Assembly (NCBI GenBank): GCA_019358935.1
Contig: JAHHIK010000095.1
Location: 1 to 32,441, forward strand
Length of the DNA: 32,441 bases
Source of the DNA: Tolypothrix carrinoi HA7290-LM1
GTDB lineage: Bacteria; Cyanobacteriota; Cyanobacteriia; Cyanobacteriales; Nostocaceae
Reading direction: 5' to 3'
This document shows, piece by piece, positions 27,700 through 32,441 of this stretch (position 1 is its first letter; each line of letters starts with the position of its first letter). The position numbers and the translations under genes were made by a program. The notes beneath the pieces were generated by a model, which saw only the letters and a program-made list of their open reading frames with translations, was not told the origin of the DNA and did no database searches.

Positions 27700-28587
27700 A
27701 TGAGTGTTACTCCTAAATCTGATATAAGTTGGCAACAACTAGCATCGCCGTCAATTAAGGCTGATGCTACTCCTAATTTTTTCGGTGAATTGGTGCAAGA
27801 GACGCTTGCTTTGACTCGTCGCTTGTTTATTCAGTTGCAGCGTCGTCCGTCAACGCTGATTGCCGGAATTATTCAGCCGGTGATGTGGTTGGTGCTGTTT
27901 GGTGCTTTATTTCAAAACGCACCAAAAGGTCTATTTGGCAATACGACAAATTACGGTCAATTTTTAAGTGCAGGGGTAATTGTTTTTACTGCATTTGCCG
28001 GAGCGCTGAATGCGGGTTTGCCGGTGATGTTTGACCGAGAATTCGGCTTTTTGAATCGCTTACTCGTGGCGCCTTTGGCTTCGCGGTTTTCGATTGTGTT
28101 GGCTTCGGCAATCTTTATTATTAGCCAAAGTTTGCTGCAAGCGGCGGTGATTGTGACGGCGGCGGCGTTTTTGGGCGCGGGGCTGCCGGATGTAGCTGGT
28201 TTGAGTGCGATCGCCTTAATTGTCTTTCTCTTAGCTTTGGGCGTGACTGCTATCTCCCTCGGTTTGGCTTTTGCATTACCGGGACACATCGAACTGATTG
28301 CGGTAATTTTTGTCACTAACCTGCCGTTATTGTTCGCTAGCACCGCCTTGGCTCCTTTATCCTTTATGCCTAAGTGGTTGCAAATTGTCGCTACCCTTAA
28401 TCCTCTCAGTTATGCGATCGAACCAATTCGCTACCTTTATCTCCACAGCGATTGGGGACTGGGTAGTGTAGTCATGCAAGCTCCTTGGGGTGCAGTTACC
28501 TTTGGTGAATCCTTGCTGATATTGTTAGGCTTTGCTGTTGTCGCCTTATTGAGCATTCAACCCCAATTGCGCCGCACTCTTGCTTAA
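27700..28587 (+). CDS. ABC-2 type permease (DrrB-like); start MSVTPKSD at 27700
   Basis: DREFGFLNRLLVAP, NPLSYAIE, six TMs; the upstream ORF extension is translated STRR. Confidence 0.93.
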   Translation: MSVTPKSDISWQQLASPSIKADATPNFFGELVQETLALTRRLFIQLQRRPSTLIAGIIQPVMWLVLFGALFQNAPKGLFGNTTNYGQFLSAGVIVFTAFAGALNAGLPVMFDREFGFLNRLLVAPLASRFSIVLASAIFIISQSLLQAAVIVTAAAFLGAGLPDVAGLSAIALIVFLLALGVTAISLGLAFALPGHIELIAVIFVTNLPLLFASTALAPLSFMPKWLQIVATLNPLSYAIEPIRYLYLHSDWGLGSVVMQAPWGAVTFGESLLILLGFAVVALLSIQPQLRRTLA

Positions 28588-28637
28588 GATGAAAGCATAA
28601 TTGATGTGGAAATATTTTCAATGAGGGGCAAAACTGC

Positions 28638-29033
28638 ATGAAAATCTCATTTTTACCGCTTACCAAACTCGTTATTCTGACTGTGGCTGGAATTGGCGTT
28701 ACTTCCTTGATAATGCCTAAACCCAGCTTGGCTCAAACCGGTTCGATTAACGATCCGCAAAACGTCGATCCACTAAACAGTACCGATCCTTTATCTCGCA
28801 GCAATACTGAGCAAAATCCTTTTAGTTTGTTTCAGTTGATTCATAACGCTAATTTTGGCGGGTTGAACCCGGACTTTGCCAGAGAACAAAACCAACAACT
28901 GGATACAGCAGCGTTAGATTTTAAAAAAAGACAACAACAGCTACTTCAAGGTAAACAGCAGCCAATCAACCCAAGCGTAGGGGTAGCACCGGTGATTAGA
29001 CCACCTGCAATAACACCCCAGTCAGGTAAGTGA
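28638..29033 (+). CDS. Hypothetical secreted low-complexity protein
   Basis: Signal peptide ending PSLAQ; Q/P-rich; GAGGGG RBS. Confidence 0.75.
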   Translation: MKISFLPLTKLVILTVAGIGVTSLIMPKPSLAQTGSINDPQNVDPLNSTDPLSRSNTEQNPFSLFQLIHNANFGGLNPDFAREQNQQLDTAALDFKKRQQQLLQGKQQPINPSVGVAPVIRPPAITPQSGK

Positions 29034-29133
29034 TACGATGTCATGCTGGAACCGTCACAAGAGACGTTCCGTCGTCACGTCTCTACGGAAGATGTGTATG
29101 ATTTGCCAGACATGATATATACCAAAAAAAGAC

Positions 29134-29171
29134 AAAAGGTAAAACTACTTTTACCTTTTGCCTTTTACCTT
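29134..29171. terminator. Hairpin between convergent genes
   Basis: AAAAGGTAAAA-CTACT-TTTTACCTTTT. Confidence 0.55.
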
Positions 29172-29184
29172 GTTTGAGTCTTGG

Positions 29185-29622
29185 CTATAGCCCAAGAGCA
29201 GTTAATACATCGCTGGCATGGGTGGCTGTGCTGACATTAGCATCAACGTGGGTGATTTTACCGTTAGGGTCAATCACATAGGTGACGCGCTTGGCATAAC
29301 CGCCGCCATCAACATCGTAAGCTTGGATTAGGCTTTTGTCTTTGTCAGCTAAAAGGGGAAAATTGAGATTAAATTTTTGGGTAAACGCTTGATGAGAAAC
29401 TTCATCATCAGCGCTGACACCCAACACGACGACATTTTTACCTTGATATTGAGCTTGAGCATCCCGGAAGCTACAGGCTTGTTTGGTGCAGCCTGGGGTG
29501 TCATCTTTGGGGTAGAAATACAGAACTACCGTCTTACCTGCAAAATCAGATAAAGAAACGGTGTTGCCGTTGGTGTCTTTGGCAGTAAATGCAGGTGCAT
29601 CCGTACCAACTGCTAGAGGCAT
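29185..29622 (-). CDS. Peroxiredoxin Q/BCP
   Basis: LYFYPKDDTPGCTKQACSFRD motif. Confidence 0.95.
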   Translation of the reverse strand: MPLAVGTDAPAFTAKDTNGNTVSLSDFAGKTVVLYFYPKDDTPGCTKQACSFRDAQAQYQGKNVVVLGVSADDEVSHQAFTQKFNLNFPLLADKDKSLIQAYDVDGGGYAKRVTYVIDPNGKITHVDANVSTATHASDVLTALGL

Positions 29623-29760
29623 ACTTGACCTTTCCTATTTGTTGATTGTTGGTGCATCTGAGATTTTACAGTAATTTACAATCATTATGTGACGCATCGA
29701 AAATAATTGGTGCGAAAACAGACAAATCCTTTTATCTTCGGTGAAAAACTCAAATACAAT

Positions 29761-30165
29761 ATGCCTGCGGTAGATTTGCAAAGCCAGAATAGTTTTCTTT
29801 ATCCTGCCAACACAGTAGAACGAGCGGAGCGATCGCTTGTTTGTTCTCCCTTCAATCTGTGTTTATTTATAGCCATGCGTCATCAGAGTGTACCAGTGGG
29901 TGCGATCGCCCTTGATTCTGGTGTCAAAAGTGGCTACACCAAACGTCTTTTGTCAGAATTAGCATGTGATAACGCCTTAGATTGGCTAATTCAAGTCGGT
30001 ATATTGCGACGCGAAGTCGATGGTCAGGGAATTACAGATAGTTTTCGCCTCACTCCCCTTGGTCGGCAAGTAATAGAAAAACTACAACTTTACCCAAAAC
30101 GTTCTGCTTCATGGCGCGATCGCCTTTACGATTTTCTAACTCGCACTTTTAGACTACCTTTTTAG
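29761..30165 (+). CDS. Conserved cyanobacterial protein (Npun_F0494-like)
   Basis: WLIQVGILRREVDGQGITDSFRLTPLG; ATG at 29761. Confidence 0.8.
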   Translation: MPAVDLQSQNSFLYPANTVERAERSLVCSPFNLCLFIAMRHQSVPVGAIALDSGVKSGYTKRLLSELACDNALDWLIQVGILRREVDGQGITDSFRLTPLGRQVIEKLQLYPKRSASWRDRLYDFLTRTFRLPF

Positions 30166-30257
30166 ATTTTAAAGATAAAGAGTTAGCATTAGGGAACCAA
30201 AGGGAACAATATATACGGAAGTCTCATCCCCCCTTTATGAAGTCTTTACTATAGCTT

Positions 30258-30405
30258 AGGGACTGGGGAGACAACGGGGACAAGGGGCGACGGGCGTGGG
30301 GACAAGGGGACAATAAGAATAATTCTTTCTCTCCCTCTCCCCATCCCCCCCTCTCCCCATCCCCCCCTCTCCCCATCCCCCCCTCTCCCTAGTCCCCCTT
30401 CCCCT
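30258..30405. repeat. GGGGACAA-type repeats and three copies of a 16-mer CTCTCCCCATCCCCCC
   Basis: Direct inspection. Confidence 0.85.
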
Positions 30406-30442
30406 TAAAATTCAGCCCTTATCTTGAAAAATCGCAATATTT

Positions 30443-31924
30443 ATGAAATCAATTATGGTAGTGGGGACAACATCCCACGCAGGGAAATCACTGATAACCG
30501 CAGCTATTTGTCGCATTTTAGCGCGGCGTGGTTGGCGAGTGGCTCCCTTTAAAGGTCAAAATATGGCTTTAAATTCTTATGTCACCGCTAATGGAGGTGA
30601 AATGGGTTACGCGCAAGCGGTACAAGCTTGGGCTGCGGGAATCGTCCCTTGGATAGAAATGAACCCAATTTTACTCAAACCCCAAGGAGATATGACCTCC
30701 CAGGTAATTATTAAGGGTAAGCCTGTAGGCAAAGTGGGTGCCGCAGAGTACTACGAGCAATATTTTGAACTGGGTTGGCGAGCAATTGAAGAATCGCTTC
30801 AGCATTTAGGAACAGAGTTTGATATGCTGGTTTGCGAGGGTGCCGGTAGTCCGGCAGAAATTAATCTCAAGCACCGCGACTTGACAAATATGCGGGTAGC
30901 GAAACATTTGAATGCAGCCACGCTACTGGTAGTTGATATTGACCGGGGTGGTGCTTTTGCCCATGTTGTGGGAACCTTGGAATTACTAGACCCAGAGGAA
31001 CGCGCTTTAATTCGCGGTGTAGTAATTAACAAGTTTCGCGGACAGCGATCGCTCTTGGAACCGGGAATCAAATGGTTAGAAGAACGTACTGGTATTCCCG
31101 TTGTCGGTGTTATTCCTTATTTAGAACATCTGTTTCCGGCGGAAGACTCGCTTGACCTGCTGGATCGTAAATCTAGCAAAAACATCAACGAGCTTAATAT
31201 TGCCGTTATTCGCTTACCGAGAATTGCCAATTTTACCGACTTTGACCCCTTGGAATCAGAATCCTCAGTTGCGCTAAAATACTTAAGCCCCAAGCAAGAT
31301 TTAGGACATCCAGATGCCGTAATTCTTCCTGGAACAAAAACCACAATTCCCGACTTGCTATTATTGCAAAAAAGTGGTATGGCTGAAGCAATTCAACATT
31401 ATGCCGCATCTGGTGGTACAGTTTTGGGTATTTGCGGGGGGTATCAAATGCTCGGTCAAATGATAGCCGATCCTGAGGGGATAGAAGGACAAGCTGGTAG
31501 ATATCAGGGTTTGAATTTATTACCGATAAAAACGGTGATTACCGGACAGAAAATCGCCCGTCAGCGCCAAGTTAGCTCGAATTTTCCGCAAATGGGCTTG
31601 CCGGTAAATGGCTTTGAAATTCACCAAGGGCGATCGCGCATCGAAATGCCAGGAACAGATTCCAAAGCTTTCCAACCTTTATTTGACGATGTTAATTTAG
31701 GCTTGGTAGATAGTTGCCAATCAGTTTGGGGTACTTATCTCCACGGCATTTTTGACAATGGTCCCTGGCGTCGCGCTTGGTTAAATCGCCTGCGTCAACA
31801 GCGCGGTTTAAAATCTCTACCTACGGGCGTTGCCAACTACCGCGAAGAGCGAGAAAATGTCTTAGACTCTCTTGCCACGGAAATAGAACGCCATTTAGAC
31901 TTAACTCCATTTTTGTCTCAGTAG
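30443..31924 (+). CDS. cobQ: Cobyric acid synthase
   Basis: GTTSHAGKS, PFKGQNMALN, EGAGSPAEINL, GICGGYQMLG and GTYLHG motifs. Confidence 0.97.
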   Translation: MKSIMVVGTTSHAGKSLITAAICRILARRGWRVAPFKGQNMALNSYVTANGGEMGYAQAVQAWAAGIVPWIEMNPILLKPQGDMTSQVIIKGKPVGKVGAAEYYEQYFELGWRAIEESLQHLGTEFDMLVCEGAGSPAEINLKHRDLTNMRVAKHLNAATLLVVDIDRGGAFAHVVGTLELLDPEERALIRGVVINKFRGQRSLLEPGIKWLEERTGIPVVGVIPYLEHLFPAEDSLDLLDRKSSKNINELNIAVIRLPRIANFTDFDPLESESSVALKYLSPKQDLGHPDAVILPGTKTTIPDLLLLQKSGMAEAIQHYAASGGTVLGICGGYQMLGQMIADPEGIEGQAGRYQGLNLLPIKTVITGQKIARQRQVSSNFPQMGLPVNGFEIHQGRSRIEMPGTDSKAFQPLFDDVNLGLVDSCQSVWGTYLHGIFDNGPWRRAWLNRLRQQRGLKSLPTGVANYREERENVLDSLATEIERHLDLTPFLSQ

Positions 31925-31936
31925 TATAAGTGTTTT

Positions 31937-32176
31937 ATGAGTGTCCGCATCCGCTTTTTACCAGATGATGTCACGGTTGATGCCGAAGTGGGAGAATCTC
32001 TGCTGGATGTCGCAGATCGAGCCGGAATATTCATTCCCACCGGTTGTTTAATGGGGTCGTGTCATGCTTGCAGTGTGGAATTAGATGATGGCGATATCAT
32101 CCGCGCTTGTATTACCTCAGTACCGCCAAAAGATGAGGAGTTGACGATTAATTTGTTTAGCGATCCAACTTGGTAA
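31937..32176 (+). CDS. Small 2Fe-2S ferredoxin-like protein
   Basis: IPTGCLMGSCHAC...RAC. Confidence 0.9.
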   Translation: MSVRIRFLPDDVTVDAEVGESLLDVADRAGIFIPTGCLMGSCHACSVELDDGDIIRACITSVPPKDEELTINLFSDPTW

Positions 32177-32185
32177 TGGCGTTTA

Positions 32186-32323
32186 TTGGAGAAATCACAA
32201 CAACTTTCCATAACCGAAGTGAATCTTGCTGAATTAGTACGGATTTTAATTATTCTCCTGCTCATTGCCACTGGTGTAGCCCTGCTATCCCGTCGGTTGC
32301 GAATCCCTTATGTCACGGGTTAG
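32186..32323 (+). pseudogene. Truncated 5' fragment of a CPA1 Na+/H+ antiporter
   Basis: ..VNLAELVRILIILLLIATGVALLSRRLRIPYVTG*; matches TM1 plus the RIPY..GLV motif, then stops. Confidence 0.7.
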
Positions 32324-32350
32324 TTGCTGTTCGCTAATATCTGGACAAAC

Positions 32351-32440
32351 CTACCCATCATTTCCCGTTTGTCCAGCTATCAACCGTTCAACGTATTCTC
32401 TAAGCCGTTTTTGCCAGTTAGGAACGGCTTTCAATTTGTC
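32351..32440 (-). CDS. C-terminus of a small hypothetical protein, cut by the window edge
   Basis: DKLKAVPNWQKRLREYVERLIAGQTGNDG*; from recall it resembles small cyanobacterial accessory proteins with a P.WQ.RLR motif. Confidence 0.5.
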   Translation of the reverse strand, partial: DKLKAVPNWQKRLREYVERLIAGQTGNDG

Positions 32441-32441
32441 T

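Noticed and set aside
1..32441. tRNA, rRNA or cobalamin riboswitch
   Set aside because: None recognised; the cobQ leader is filled with simple repeats.

Overview
Chromosomal window from a filamentous, probably heterocyst-forming cyanobacterium (Nostocales-like): many HIP1 octamers (GCGATCGC), 7/8-mer STRR arrays, xisH/xisI. Most of it is ordinary core genome: CAAX/CPBP protease, TM2 protein, Cu-type P1B ATPase, FHA protein, TIGR01777/ThyD epimerase, IscA/HesB, TetR-regulated RND pump, DrrA/B-type ABC exporter, PrxQ, cobQ and a small ferredoxin. Accessory DNA comprises an IS200 tnpA tail at the left edge, an internally deleted IS605-type element (tnpB plus a divergent small gene) next to an orphan xisHI pair, several nested mini-elements, and a truncated Na+/H+ antiporter abutting a foreign-looking ORF at the right edge. 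The most interesting part is an AT-rich, apparently HIP1-free minus-strand operon (13.8-19.4 kb): broken membrane TPR gene, secreted TPR protein, secreted HExxH zinc peptidase, then a 10x42-aa TPR-CHAT (caspase-like) protease. The peptidase ORF runs into the TPR array out of frame across a correctly phased U_UUA_AAC slippery heptamer. This suggests either a -1 frameshift giving a dual-protease fusion, or a deletion scar. All calls come from reading the sequence and recalling protein families; no searches were run.
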